From Octopus vulgaris (lineage: Eukaryota), in the NCBI GenBank assembly GCA_951406725.2, contig OX597838.1, positions 16,306,001 to 16,370,000 of the forward strand: a DNA stretch of 64,000 nucleotides. The letters run 5' to 3'. A program made the translations under genes and the position numbers. The notes beneath the pieces were generated by a model that saw only the letters and a program-made list of their open reading frames with translations, did no database searches and was not told where the DNA came from. Shown here in pieces: positions 38,665 through 51,776 of the stretch. Every line of letters begins with the position of its first letter. Position 1 is the stretch's first letter.

Positions 38665-39365
38665 AGTGCAGGAGTGGCTGTGTGGTAAGTAGCTTGCTTA
38701 TGAACCACAGGGCTCCAGGTTCATATATATATATATGTGTGTGTGTATATGTTTGACCCCCCAACATCACTTGACAACCGATCCTGGTGTGTTTACATCC
38801 CCATAACTTAGCAGTTCAGCAAAAGAGACCGATAGAATAAGTACTAGGCTTACAAAGAATAAGTCCTGGGGTCGATTTGCTCGAAACTGTAGTTTCTTCA
38901 GGGTCTTCACTGTAAAATCCCTTGAGATTGGACTGGTTAGAGTTTTTATGTTGATTTTAGTATATACATATAACACATACACACATATGAAGGGCTTCTT
39001 CAGTTTCCAGCTACGAAATCCACTCAAAGGCTTTTATTAGCCTGATTGCTATAGTAGAAGACACTTGCCCAAAGTGCCACACAGTGGGACTGAACCCAGA
39101 ATCATGTGATTGCAAAGCAAGCCTCTTATCCACACAGCCACACCTGCACCGAAGTGCAGTGCAGTGCCATGTGCCCATGTGGTGTCGTGTGAAAGCACCC
39201 AGCACACTCTGTAGAGTGGTTGGCATTAGGAAGGGTGTCCAGCCATACAAACCATGCCAAATCAGGCTGGAGTCTGGTGCAGCCCTTCAGCTTGACCAGC
39301 TCAGGCCAAATCATTCCAACCCATGCCAGCATGGACAACAGACGTGATGGTGATGATGGTGATGA
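38665..39365. mobile_element. Cluster: deleted family A (+), family A head (-), family C (+)
   Basis: Motif identity to other copies. Confidence 0.8.
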
Positions 39366-39441
39366 CTTTTTTTATAAAATTAACAATTTTTATAAAATTA
39401 ACAATTTTTTCTTTGGCTTTTTTAAAAATATTGTAACCATA

Positions 39442-39853
39442 GGCGCAGGAGTGGCTGTGTGGTAAGTAGCTTGCTAACCAACCACATGGTTCCGGGTTCA
39501 GTCCCACTGCGTGGCATCTTGGGCAAGTGTCTTCTGCTATAGCCCCGGGCCGATCAATGCCTTGTGAGTGGATTTGGTAGACGGAAACTGAAAGAAGACT
39601 GTCGTATATATGTGTATATATATATATATATATGTATGTGTATGTGTTTGTATGTCTGTGTTTATCCCCCTAGCATTGCTTGACAACCGATGCTGGTGTG
39701 TTTACGTCCCCGTCACTTAGCGGTTCGGCAAAAGAGACCGATAGAATAAGTACTGGGCTTACAAAGAATAAGTCCCGGGGTCGATTTGCTTGACTAAAAG
39801 GCGGTGCTCCAGCATGGCCGCAGTCAAATGACTGAAACAAGTAAAAAAAAAAA
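39442..39853 (+). mobile_element. SINE family A (full length)
   Basis: Matches consensus end to end. Confidence 0.95.
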
Positions 39854-40187
39854 ATGTTTAATTGTCATCTAAAAGTATTTTTCTGTTGATTTAGCTGATT
39901 ACAAACAAAACTGTTATCAGAACGATGCCACTTTGAGCAGTTGATAATTCCTCCAATGTACTTTTATTCTATAAATTAATGTTGGAATTATCTTTGATAG
40001 GAGTGTTATCTTTGAAATAGTCGCCTCTTATCATATATGAAACTTAAACATAAAATAATTTATTATCCCCTACTGAAGGCAACTCAATGAAAAACAGCAG
40101 GAAGGATGTTGTATTTAATTCATCTATAATGAAATGGGGGGGGGGGGGCTTTATATAGATAAAAGTTCTACTACTGTAGATTTCATC

Positions 40188-40250
<63 letters not shown>

Positions 40251-40278
40251 GAGAGAGAGAGACAGAGAGAGAGACAGA

Positions 40279-40322
<44 letters not shown>

Positions 40323-40327
40323 GAGAC

Positions 40328-40365
<38 letters not shown>
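40188..40365. repeat. (GT)n(GA)n/(GACA) microsatellite
   Basis: Directly visible. Confidence 0.95.
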
Positions 40366-40367
<2 letters not shown>

Positions 40368-40540
40368 CTTTTATTTTTTGCTTGTTTCAGTCATTTGACT
40401 GTAGCCATGCAAAAGTACTGCTTTGAAGGATTTTAGTCGAACAATTCAATCCCAGGACTTCTTATTTTTAAGCCTAGTCATTCTATCAGTTTCTTTGCTG
40501 AACCGCTAAGTTATGGGGGATGTAAACACACCAACACCAG

Positions 40541-40838
40541 ATAACTCAAGAACCTCTGGATGGATTCGGATGAAACTTTCAGGGATGTTTGGTCTTGCAA
40601 CTGGCACGAACTGATTCAAATTTTGGGATCGATCTGGTACTAGACAAGGATTCTGGATTATTTTCCTAGTGTTTTCACTTGATTTTTGAGAGCAGTGGGA
40701 TTCATTTTTAGTATTCTCATTTGCAAGAACATTCTAGGTTATTTCATATATTCTCATTTTAAAAATCATCTCTGGATAATCGTTGAAAGGACATTGGTGT
40801 TGCCTTGGCAGGGGCTTGCACTCTCTGAGTGCTCTTGT
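40541..40838 (+). mobile_element. Helentron/DINE-like element, partial
   Basis: Homologous to ~19865-20166; ends ttggcaggggcttgcactctctgagtgctctt. Confidence 0.6.
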
Positions 40839-41074
40839 TTACATATGTTTTTTGAAAAAGCCAACCTCAACGCTACGATGTTTTCATATTCACTCTTTGG
40901 AAGACTTTATTTTATCCACCTCTTTGTAAGGGAATACTTTTATTCTTAACAATTTTTACAACACCATTCTAACCTAATTTCACTCATCTATTTATATATG
41001 TATATTAGAATTTTATATATTTGTGTATTTATGAACTTTTAATATGTTTTAATCCAACAAATGAAGTGAGTTCA

Positions 41075-41526
41075 TGGCTTGCAGGACGGCCTGCTGTGCT
41101 TACCTTGGATCGTAGGGCAACCTGCTGTGCTTAAGGAGACCTATTGAGTCAAATACATCAACATCAAAATAAAAATCAAATGGAAATTGTAGTTGTGATA
41201 CCCGTGCCAGTGGCACGTAAAAAATACCATCCAAACGTGGCCAATGAAAGTGCCGCCTTGACTGGCATCTGCCAGTGGCACGTAAAAAGCACTAACTGAT
41301 CATGGAGGTTGCCAGTCTCCTCTGGTCCCTGTGCAGGTGGCATGTAAAAAGCACCCACTACACTCATGGAGTGGTTGGTATTATGAAGGGCATCCAGCTG
41401 TAGAAACACAGCCAGATCGGACTGGAGCCTGGTGCAGCCTCCTGGCTTCCCAGACCCTGGTCAAACCATCCAACCCATGCTAGCATGGAAAACGGACATT
41501 AAACAATATGATGATGATGATGATGA
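41075..41526 (+). mobile_element. Long family C (RTE 3' end) copy
   Basis: gctgtgcttaaggagacc (AVLKET) then ggcacgtaaaaa repeats and (GAT)n tail. Confidence 0.8.
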
Positions 41527-42495
41527 TTTCAATGACTGATACCTTGCTATATTTTAAAGACTGATATGCACTGATCCATGGCAGAATATATGTTTATTTA
41601 AATTGGTGAACCTATCTGAAATTCTCCTTAACATTTTTTTATACCTTTGCATCTTGGGTCTTTTATCTGAGCACTTCTGACTACTGCCTATACAATAAAC
41701 AAAGAAACTTTACTATGTGTGTGTGTGTATGTGTACGTAAACAGCATATTTCTTTCAGTTTCCATCTACCAAATCCAAAGCTTTGGTCAACCCGAGGCCA
41801 TAGAAGAAGACGCTAGCTCAAGGTGCCACGCAACAGGACTGAACCCGGAACCATATGGTTAAAAAGCAAGCTTCTTACCACACACCCTTGCCTGCACTTA
41901 TAATCGTAATAAGCGTAATATATTAATGCTAACATGCCTTCTGCAACTATTCAAACATTTATTTTTAGTAATATGTCAAGATCAAAAGCTTTAATTAATA
42001 AAGTTACCACTTACTTGCATGTGCGTTAATCATACACCATGTTTAATATAACACATATTTAGTTTTGCTGGGTAAATATAACCTGTTAACAAATCACATG
42101 TGCTTCGGCAAAAGGATTGCATATATATTTATTAAACATATTTCATATGATTAACATACATGCTATTCATTTAATAATGACAGTGTGTTGGTATTTTTAT
42201 ACATACATGACTTTTTGTCATTATCATAATTGACATCATCTTTTAATGTCCATTTGTCATGCTGGCATGGAGTGGACAAAGTGACGAGATGCAACAGGTC
42301 AAGGACAGCATCGTGTTCCGGCATCTGCTTTGGCATGGTTGTCATGGCTGTATGTTCTTCCTAATGCCAACCATTTCAAAGAGTGTACTGGGTGGGGTGG
42401 GGGTTATAAGGCATTGGTGTGAGTGCTGGTTCCATGTAAAAAGCACCCAGTACATTCTGTAAAGTGGTTGGCAGTAGAAGCCAAGCCAAAACTGA

Positions 42496-42743
42496 AAAGG
42501 TAGGAGAGTCCAGTTTGCTGGACATTGTTGTAGAGCTGAAAAAGAGGTAATTTCTACTCTCCTCCTCCGGAAGCCATCTACTCGCAATGCCAGAAGGCGC
42601 ACACTCTCCTACGCTGATGTAATCTCCAGGGATACAGGCATCCAGCAACAGGACCTCCGTAATGCTATGATGGACCGTGAAGTCTGGCGTAGCATGGTAA
42701 ATTCCATTGTCTCGACCACGGTCGAACAATGATGATGATGATG
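42496..42743 (+). mobile_element. 5'-truncated RTE-like LINE, uninterrupted ORF2 C-terminus
   Basis: KGRRVQFAGHCCRAEKEVISTLLLRKPSTRNARRRTLSYADVISRDTGIQQQDLRNAMMDREVWRSMVNSIVSTTVEQ* (stop 42730-42732) running straight into (TGA)n; inserted within a family C copy. Confidence 0.85.
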
Positions 42744-42834
42744 GAACTTAGTGTGGCCCCAGACCAAACCAGTTCCTATCAAACCATCCAACCTATGTCA
42801 GCATGGAAAATATACATTAAATGTTGATGATATA

Positions 42835-43009
42835 GGTGTAGGAGTGGCTGTATGGTAAGTAGCTTGCTTACGAACCACACAGTTCCGGGTTCAGTCCCAC
42901 TGTGTGGCACCTCGGGCAGAATTGTCTTCTATGATAGCCTCGGGCCGACCAAAGCCTTGTGAGTGGATTTGGTAGAAGGAAACTGAAAGCCCGTCGTATA
43001 TATGTATAA

Positions 43010-43043
<34 letters not shown>

Positions 43044-43256
43044 GTGTGTATATGTTTGTGTGTCTGTGTTTGTCCCCCAATATCGCTTGACAACCGATGC
43101 TGGTGTGTTCACGTCCCCGTAACTTTGCGGTTCGGCAAAAGAGACAGATAGAATAAGTACTAGGCTTACAAAGAATAAGCCCTGGGGTTCATTTGCTCGA
43201 CTAAAGGCGGTGCTCCAGCATGGCAACAGTCAAATGACTGAAACAAGTAAAAGAGA
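42835..43256 (+). mobile_element. SINE family A (full length)
   Basis: Matches consensus. Confidence 0.93.
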
Positions 43257-43820
43257 TAATGCTAATATATGCAAACATGTATGCGTACTTATGTATACAC
43301 ACATATAAATACACACACACACACACACATACTTAAGTAAAAGCACATGGCCAAGAAGTTATAGAGTTGAGCTCAATCATTAGGTCACAGTTTGTTTCTC
43401 AAACCAGATGTTGCCTTGAATCCTTGAGCAAGATACTTCATCTCACATTGTTTCAGTACACTTAAATGAAAATCAGTCTGTCTCAGAGGCACCTGGGGAT
43501 TAACTCTGTGACAGATTGGCATCCTATTCAGGGGCTAATTTAATCTTGTACTCTCAACTTCAAACACCTTTAAAATCTTGAATATTCCTCCAGTTTCATG
43601 AACATACCTGCTCAAGGGAAATGTAAATCTTAGGAAATGCAACTAAAAGGTTACGAGCAATTAGCAACAGAAACAATCCAACAAGTTCATTATCAATCAT
43701 TGTTTTAACACCCACTTTTCCATGCTTTCATGGGTCAGAGTTTACTGAGGCAGATTTTCTATAGCTGGATGCTCTTGCTGCTGCCAACTCTTATCTGTTT
43801 CCAAATAAGGTAATATTTCT

Positions 43821-44223
43821 TATTTCTTTATTGCCCACAAGGGGCTACACATAGAGGGGACAAACAGATTAAGTCGATTATATCGACCCCAGTGCGTAAC
43901 TGGTATTTATTTAATCGACCCCTGAAAGGATGAAAGGCAAAGTTGACCTCAGCGGAATTTGAACTCAGAACGTAGCGGCAGATGAAATACTTATTTCTTT
44001 ACTACCCACAAGGGGCTAAACACAGAGGGGACAAACAAGGACAGACAAACGGATTAAGTCGATTATATCGACCCCAGTGCGTAACTGGTACTTAATTTAT
44101 CGACCCCAAAAGGATGAAAGGCAAAGTCGACCTTGGCGGAATTTGAACTCAGAACGTAACGGCAGATGAAATCCGGCTACACATTTCGCCCGAAGTGCTA
44201 ACGTTTCTGCCAGCTCGCCGCCC
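43821..44223 (-). mobile_element. Dimeric SINE family B with 18 bp TSD
   Basis: Full unit plus headless unit; aaataaggtaatatttct at 43803-43820 and 44237-44254. Confidence 0.92.
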
Positions 44224-44452
44224 TAATAAGGTTTCTAAATAAGGTAATATTTCTCTATGGCTAGATATGTCCTTGCAGAATATCTGAAATGAATTTCACT
44301 GATTGTATGATAGTGACAATCATTTTATTAGCCTGATGCTATAGTAGAAGACACTTGCCCAAAGTGTCACAAAGTGGGACTGAACCCAGAATCAGGTGAT
44401 TGCAAAGCAAGCCTTTTACCATGGGATGTCAAAACAAGAAGATACACACACA

Positions 44453-44484
<32 letters not shown>

Positions 44485-45107
44485 AGTTCTTTCTGTTTCT
44501 GTCTATCAAACCCTCAACAAGTCTCGGGTCATCCTGGAGCTACAGCAGAAAACACTTGCCTAAGGCACCGCCAAGCCATGGCACCGAATCTTGAAACAAT
44601 GTGGCTGAGAAGCGAATTTCTCAACCACACAGATATGCCTCTAGCTATCCGTAGATTAATATAATGCTAAAAATAAAAAGAAGTTAAATTTAAGAACAAG
44701 AAGCAAGATTTTGGTCAGCGTCTGCAGACATATATTAATATATATTCATAAGTGAATTTCAAGAAGATATTTATAATAAGTGATGACGGTGGTGAAGGTG
44801 ATGACAGAGGGGTACACAAGAATAGGACTGTAATTCCAGGTTAGTCAACAACGAATCAATAAGTTCAGTAAATGCACTTGGCAAAGTTGTCAGCAGCACA
44901 AGCAGCTGAGTGCTTAAAGTTCACTGGAAATAGATAAAGCTTGTGATCTCCATGACCTAGTGATCTAATAGTGAGGACAGAGCAAGTTGATAACACAGGA
45001 ATTGCAATACTTAAGTGGCGGCTACAAGAAGCTTAACAACTGTCTCACCTACACATGGCGAAAGGATGCTTTTGTTTATATATGTGTGTGTATATATATA
45101 TATATGT

Positions 45108-45525
45108 ATAATTGAAAAATAGGATAAAATCTTTATGAGAATTTATCAAGTAGTTAGCGTCAAAAACCTCATAAGGGAAAAATCCATCAATTATTCCTCT
45201 TAAATATATTTATATTAAGGGCATTCATCGTCATCATCGTTTAACGTCCGTTCTCCATGCTAGCATGGGTTGGACGGTTCGACCGGGGATCTGGGAAGCC
45301 AGAAGGCTGCACCAGGCTCCAGTCTGATCTGGCAGTGTTTCTACAGCTGGATGCCCTTCCTAACGCCAACCACTCCGTGAGTGTAGTGGGTGTCTTTTAC
45401 GTGCCACCTGCACAGGTGCCAGGCGAGGCTGGCAACGGCCACGATCGGATTGGTACGTTTTACGTGCCACCGGCACGGAAGCCACTCGAGGCAGCACTGG
45501 CATCGGCGCCCTTAATATAAATAAA
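45108..45525. mobile_element. (TA)n-embedded foldback element interrupted by a family C copy (45223-45507)
   Basis: Perfect inverted 16-mers tatttatattaagggc (45207-45222) / gcccttaatataaata (45508-45523) bracket the insert. Confidence 0.65.
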
Positions 45526-46000
45526 TATATATATATATATATATTCTTTTATTTGTTTCAGTCATTTGACTGTGGCCATGCTGGAGCACCACCTTTAGTC
45601 GAACAAATTGACCCCAGAACTTATTCTTTGTAAGCCTTGTACTTATTCTATTGGTCTCTTTTGCCAAACCACTAATTTACGGGGACGTAAACACACCAAC
45701 ATCGGTTGTCAAGCAATGGTGGGGAGACAAACACAGACACAAACATAATTATAGGTTTCTAAATGAAAGTAAACTTAATTAGAATAAATTAATCACATTG
45801 ATATTCTACTGAACTCTTTTGTTGATAGAAAGGTTCTTCATAAATTTTAGTCTATTTAGTAAAAAGAAGAAAAAAACAAAAAACACAACTTTATTTAACT
45901 TTTAAAATCCAATAACATTTTCTACTTCTATTAAATTGTAAAAACTCCATTGCCCCTCCTTGGACTTTCAAGTCCTGATGGAATCATCATCATCATCATT

Positions 46001-46228
46001 ATTTCTTTATTGCCCACAAGGGGCTAAACATAGAGGGGACAAACAAGGACAGACAAAGGAATTGAGTTGATTACAGCGACCCCAGGGCGCAACTGGTATT
46101 TATTTTATCGACCCCAAAAGGATGAAAGGCAAAGTCGACCTCGGCAGAATTTGAACTCAGAATGTAGTGACAAAGGAAATACCACTAAGCATTTCGCCCG
46201 GTATGCTAATGTTTCTGCCAGCTCGCCG
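46001..46228 (-). mobile_element. SINE family B
   Basis: Matches consensus. Confidence 0.9.
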
Positions 46229-46784
46229 TTTCTTACCACACAGCCACGCCTGTGCCTTATGTAAATAAATGTAACTAAAATTACTTCAAGTACTTCACTA
46301 AGCTTAGGGGTTTTTAGCAGCATTGTTTGTGAGCAATAAATATAAACAAGCCACAACTATCATTCACTACCCATCATTCACACAATGTTGTTTGCATGAA
46401 GTCTGCCACAAAAACAACTGGGTTGGTTTCTCAACATGTCATAACACGCCCCACATTGAATGTAAACAAACAGCTTCGTTATTCATACAAAAAAAGCATC
46501 ATTTGTTTACAGTTCTAAACAAAAACATGCCCAGAGCTGATTGATGTTTGATAGGCCAGGTGATTATTAACCTTTATCAGAAACAAGTGAGGGTTGGTAT
46601 CACGAAATGTATCTGACCATAGAAACCTCTGATCATTGCAAGCATGTAGAAGTAAACATTGGATTGATGATGATGATGACGACGACAACAATGACAACGA
46701 TGACAAGTTGCCTTCCTGCAATAATTAATGAGGGTTTTTACTTTTGAACAAGGATGCAAAATCCAAAAATATATCAGTGAGTTC

Positions 46785-47170
46785 ATCACGTGGTACTAGA
46801 ACTGATGCTTTTTATGTAGTACCAGCACCAGTGCCTTTTACATGGTACCAGCATTGGTGCTTTTTACATGGTACCAGCACCAGTGCTTTTTACATGGTAC
46901 CAGCACCAGTGCTTTTTACACGGTACCAGCATTGGTGCTTCTTATGTGGCACCAGCATTGGTGCTTTTTACAAGGTTCCTGCACCAGTGCATTTTATGTG
47001 GCTCTGTGGTTTTAGGATATCAATTCTGTTGTGGCGATCCAGCCTTCATGAGTACAGTAATCCACCATATATCTCAGTCCTCTGTTATCCCCTTCGTAAG
47101 GCTCCATGTTTTTAGATCACCCTTCAATATTTAGTTCCATGTCTTCCTCCGTCTCCCTCAACTTCCGCTC
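46785..47170 (-). mobile_element. RTE 3' end with ~8 x 26 bp tandem array
   Basis: Minus translation GRRRKTWN*ILKGDLKTWSLTKGITED*DIWWITVLMK; unit tttttacatggtaccagcaccagtgc at 46790-47000. Confidence 0.75.
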
Positions 47171-47696
47171 ACTTACTTTTCACATCTCTAAAGTAATTAA
47201 CACACAAAAATGTATCATTAATAAACATTAGGCTTCGCCCATAATACTCATGATTGGGCTGCTAAAAGTTGACTCATTGAATTCGATGGAAAAATCAGTA
47301 CATCCTCATACCACGGCTTCCTCTGCATAATCAGCCATCCATAGTATCATAACACCTATTATTTATTCGCACTTACTGACACACCTTTTACAATAGGCTG
47401 AGTGTCTTTCTTCATAATAGTTTTAACCCTTTTCTTATGATTTCTCTGTTGAAATACACTTCTTTTCTTTCAGTTATTTTAAAAATAAAAATTTAACAAA
47501 TTTAACGCCTTCATTTGGAATATAAATTTACATAAAATTTTGTTGGAAGGTTTTAAGTTAGATCATTTTAAAACACAATGGTTATATCAAAGAACCAAAG
47601 GTGGTTTCAAGACAGATTGGTATCAAAAAAGGCAATCACTTAATTACTGGCCTTTTTTCTTTTTAATGGTCTTTTCACTAATGACATACAACTGTC

Positions 47697-48500
47697 CTTA
47701 TTCTTTGTAAGCCAAGTACTTATTCTATAGGTCTCTTTTGCCAAACTGCTAAGTTACAGGGGACATAAACACACCAACATCAGTTGTCAAGCGATAATGG
47801 GGGGGACAACTACACACACACAACAGGCTTCTGTCAGTTTCCGTCTACCAAATCCACTCGCATGGCTTTGGTTAGCCCAAGGCTATAGTAGAAGACATTT
47901 GCCCAAGGTGCCATGCTGTGGGACTGAACTCAGAACCATGTGGTTGGTAAGCAAGAGACTTACCACATAGCCACTCCTGCACGTATATATATATATATAT
48001 ATATGATGGGCTTCTACATATTTTCCATCAACTATATTGTCGGTGGCACGTAAAAAGCACCATCCGAATCGTGGCCAAAGCCAGTGCCACCTCAACTGGC
48101 TCCCGTGCAGGTGGCATGTAAAATGCACCAATCCGACCGTGGCCGATGCCAGCCTCGCCTGGCACCAGTGCAGGTGGCACGTAGAAAGCACCCACTACAC
48201 TCTCGGAGTGGTTGGCGTTAGGAAGGGCATCCAGCTGTAGAAACTTTGCCAGATAAGACCGGAGCCTGGTGCAGCCTTCTGGCTTCCCAGATCCCCGGTC
48301 GAACCGTCCAACCCATGCTAGCATGGAGAACAGACGTTAAACGATGATGATGATGATGATGATATATTCACTTATGGAGCATTGGTTAGCCCACGGAGCT
48401 ATAGTAGAAGACACTTGCCCAAGGTGCCATGCAGTGGGACTGAATCCAAAAATGTGGTTGCAACACAAGCTTCTGACCTACACAGCTACACCTGCACCTA
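47697..48500. mobile_element. Cluster: family A (-), family C (+, 48040-48363), family A head (-)
   Basis: Motif identity to other copies. Confidence 0.85.
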
Positions 48501-48685
48501 ACGAGCATTAAAAAAAAACAAATAATTAGAACACATGAATGAAGAAAATCAATTCCTTCCTGCGGAAACAGGTATTACATACAATGAGTCTTGTGATTTC
48601 AGCTAATAAATTATTATAACTATATTATAATGCTTTCGGAAGTGATATAAAAGAAAATTAGTTTATATATATATATATAGATATA

Positions 48686-49085
48686 TCTTTTACTTGTTTC
48701 AGTCATTTGACAGTGGCCATGCTGGAGCACCGCCTTTAATCGAGCAACTCGACCCCAGGACTTATTTTTTTTGTAAGCCCAGTACTTATTCTATCGGTCT
48801 CTTTTGCCGAACCGCTAAGTAACAGGGACATAAACACACCAGCATCGGTTGTCAAGCAATGCCAGGGGGACAAACACAGACACACAGACACACACACACA
48901 CACACATATATATATACATATATACGACGGGCTTCTTTCAGTTTCCGTCTACAAAATCCACTCACAAGGCTTTGGTCGGCCCGAGGCTATAGTAGAAGAC
49001 ACTTGCCCAAGGTGCCACGCAGTGGGACTGAACCCGGAACCCTGTGGTTGATAAACAAGCTACTTACCACACAGCCACTCCTGCA

Positions 49086-49087
<2 letters not shown>
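48686..49087 (-). mobile_element. SINE family A (full length)
   Basis: Matches consensus. Confidence 0.95.
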
Positions 49088-49144
<57 letters not shown>

Positions 49145-49197
49145 AAACCAGAAGTGTATAAGAGCAAATTGTGTTTATATCATTTTATGTAGATATA

Positions 49198-49828
49198 GGT
49201 GTAGGCACGGCTGTGTGGTAAGTAGCTTGCTTCCCAACCACATGGTTCCAGATTCAGTCCCACTGTGTGGCACCTTGGACAAGTGTCTTCTATTACAGCC
49301 TCAGGCCGACCAAAGCTTTGTAAGTGGATTTGGTAGACAGAAACTGAAAGAAGGGCGGTGAGCTGGCAGAAACGTTAGAACGCCGGGCAAAATGCTTAGC
49401 GGTATTTCATCTGCCATTATACGTTCTGAGTTCAAATTCCGCCGAGGTAGACTTTGCCCTTCATCTTTTCAGGGTCAATAAATTAAGTACCAGTTACGCC
49501 CTGTGGTTGATATAATCAACTTAATTCCTTTGTGTATCCTTGTTTGTCCCCTCTATGTTTAGCCCCTAGTGGGCAATAAAGAAATAAGAAATTGAAAGAA
49601 ACTTGTTGTATGTGTGTGTGTGTTTGTTTGCTCACCACTGCTTGCCAATCGGTGTTGGTGTGTTTATGCCCCCATAACTTAGTGGTTTGGCAAAAAGAGA
49701 CTGATAGAATAAGTACCAGGCTCAACAAAAAATAAGTCCTGGGATCAATTCATTTGACTAAAAACTCTTCCAGGCAGTGCCCAAGCATGGCCGCAGTCTG
49801 CCGGCTGAAACAAGTAGAAGATAAAAGA
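49198..49828 (+). mobile_element. Family A SINE interrupted by a family B SINE (49353-49587)
   Basis: B insert flanked by gaaactgaaagaa / gaaattgaaagaa. Confidence 0.9.
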
Positions 49829-49924
49829 TATATTTCTCAACTCCTTTTGACACCCCCAATTATTTGCTGACTCTCCCCAAGAACTGTTCCACCTAGGGAT
49901 AAGGAGTTAGTAATAAACCACTCT

Positions 49925-50180
49925 AGCCTCACCTGGCCCCCGTGCTGGTGGCACATAAAAAGCACCATCCGATCGTGGCCGTTTGCCAGACTTGTCTGGC
50001 ACGTAAAAAGCACCCACTACACTCATGGAGTGGTTGGTGTTAGGAAGGGCATCCAGCCGTAGAAACATTGCCAGATCAGACTGGGCCTGGTGCAGCCTTC
50101 TGGCTTCCCAGACCCCAGTTGAACCGTCCAACCCATGCCAGCATGGAAAGCGGACGCTAAACGATGATGATGAGGAGGAG
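49925..50180 (+). mobile_element. Family C (RTE 3' end)
   Basis: Matches consensus. Confidence 0.85.
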
Positions 50181-50571
50181 GAATTCTAATGTAAAAGATT
50201 AAAAAAGTGGAAAACTGTACAAGATATGAATTAGTACAGGAGAGAAGTGAGGGAATGGGAGTGGAGTAGCACTATGTGAGAGAGAGAGAGAGATAGTGGA
50301 AGTGTAACAAGAGGGAGAGATAGAAAGAGACAGTGGAAGAGTAACATGAGAGAGAGAGAGCTATAAGAAAAAAAAAAGCATGACAAAAATGAGAGAGAGA
50401 GAGAAAGACACACAGAGATAGAGGACTGGACAGAACAATAAGACAGGCAGGCAGAGAGATAGCCGACAGAAAGAGGCATTGAAGGAGACTGCAGTGTATA
50501 GTAATATAGTAATATCTAAAAAGGAAAAAGAGAGAGAAGAGCTGTAGAATATGTATGTGTGTGTATGTGCG

Positions 50572-50807
50572 TATACATACATACATACATACATACATAC
50601 ATACATACATACATACATACATACATACATACATACATACATACATACATACATACATACATACATACATACATACATACACACACACATACATACATAC
50701 ATACACATACATACATACATACATACATACATACATACATACATACATACATACATACATACATACATACATACATACATACATACATACATACATACAT
50801 ACATACA
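50572..50807. repeat. (TACA)n microsatellite
   Basis: Directly visible. Confidence 0.97.
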
Positions 50808-50903
50808 ATGATAAAGAGAGAGAGGGAGGAGAGAAAAAAAGAGGACAGTTTGTGAGTGGATGATGTTTTGCTCCAGATCAGTTTTCACTGAGAAGACATA
50901 TGA

Positions 50904-51385
50904 TCAGAGAGAATCCAGGCATGACAATCCCATCGGACTTTCGAGCATTGAATTTCTAGGACTACGTTTTTTAACCAATATGATTGATGTGTGGTAGAAG
51001 AAACAACAGCTAATTGGTAGAACGGGCAATGCTGCTGCTGCTGCTGCTGCAGCTGCTGCTGAAGGTGGTGATGATGATGATGACAATGATGATGATGACG
51101 ATGATGATATTGTGAGTGATGATGATGATGACGATGATGATGATGATGATGATGACGACGATGATATTGTGAGTGATGATGATGATGATGATGACGATGA
51201 TGATGATGATGACGATGATGATGACGACAATGATGATGATGATGACAATGATGATGATGACGACGATGATGTTGTGAGTGATGATGTTGGGACTGATGAA
51301 GGTAAATGAGAAAGGGTTGTGAATAGGGTGGGGGGGGGGGGGCAGGGGGTGAAGTGAGTAGACATTTGGAAAGTTAGAGGGCTAA
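50904..51385 (-). other. Candidate exon with Ser/Ala-rich 153 aa ORF
   Basis: Strong acceptor ctgtcttttcttgcag| before 51385, ATG at 51365, poly-Ser then PPSAAAAAAAAAA and a unique C-terminal part; could be an open microsatellite frame. Confidence 0.2.
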
Positions 51386-51776
51386 CTGCAAGAAAAGACA
51401 GGGCGTGAGACAGGCAGCAACAAGTAGAATGAGTGACTCACTCTTGATGGGTACAGTTGATATTTATTGATAAACATATCACACAATTTTATTGATAAAA
51501 CAATCACACACACACACACATACACACGCACACATATACAGACACAGACACAGATACACACACAGAACATTCATAAAGACATAACACAACACGCAAATAT
51601 TGTGGCAAGACATCAATCCTTTTGTCAGCATATTTCTGTTTGAAAGACACTGTCTTTGTACGAATTAATTATAGAAATATTGAAGAATTTATTGAAGTAA
51701 TTCTGTCATAATTAAACCGATTCTTTGGAACATAAATTAACATGAAATTTTGATGGAAAGATTTAAACTGTTTTAA

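Noticed and set aside
38880-38905. CTGAAGA-aactacagtt on the minus strand
   Set aside because: Cut off by a SINE before any GAAA or stem III; not assessable.
46790-47000. CRISPR-like regular repeats
   Set aside because: Contiguous 26 bp units with no unique spacers, inside a LINE tail, in eukaryotic DNA.
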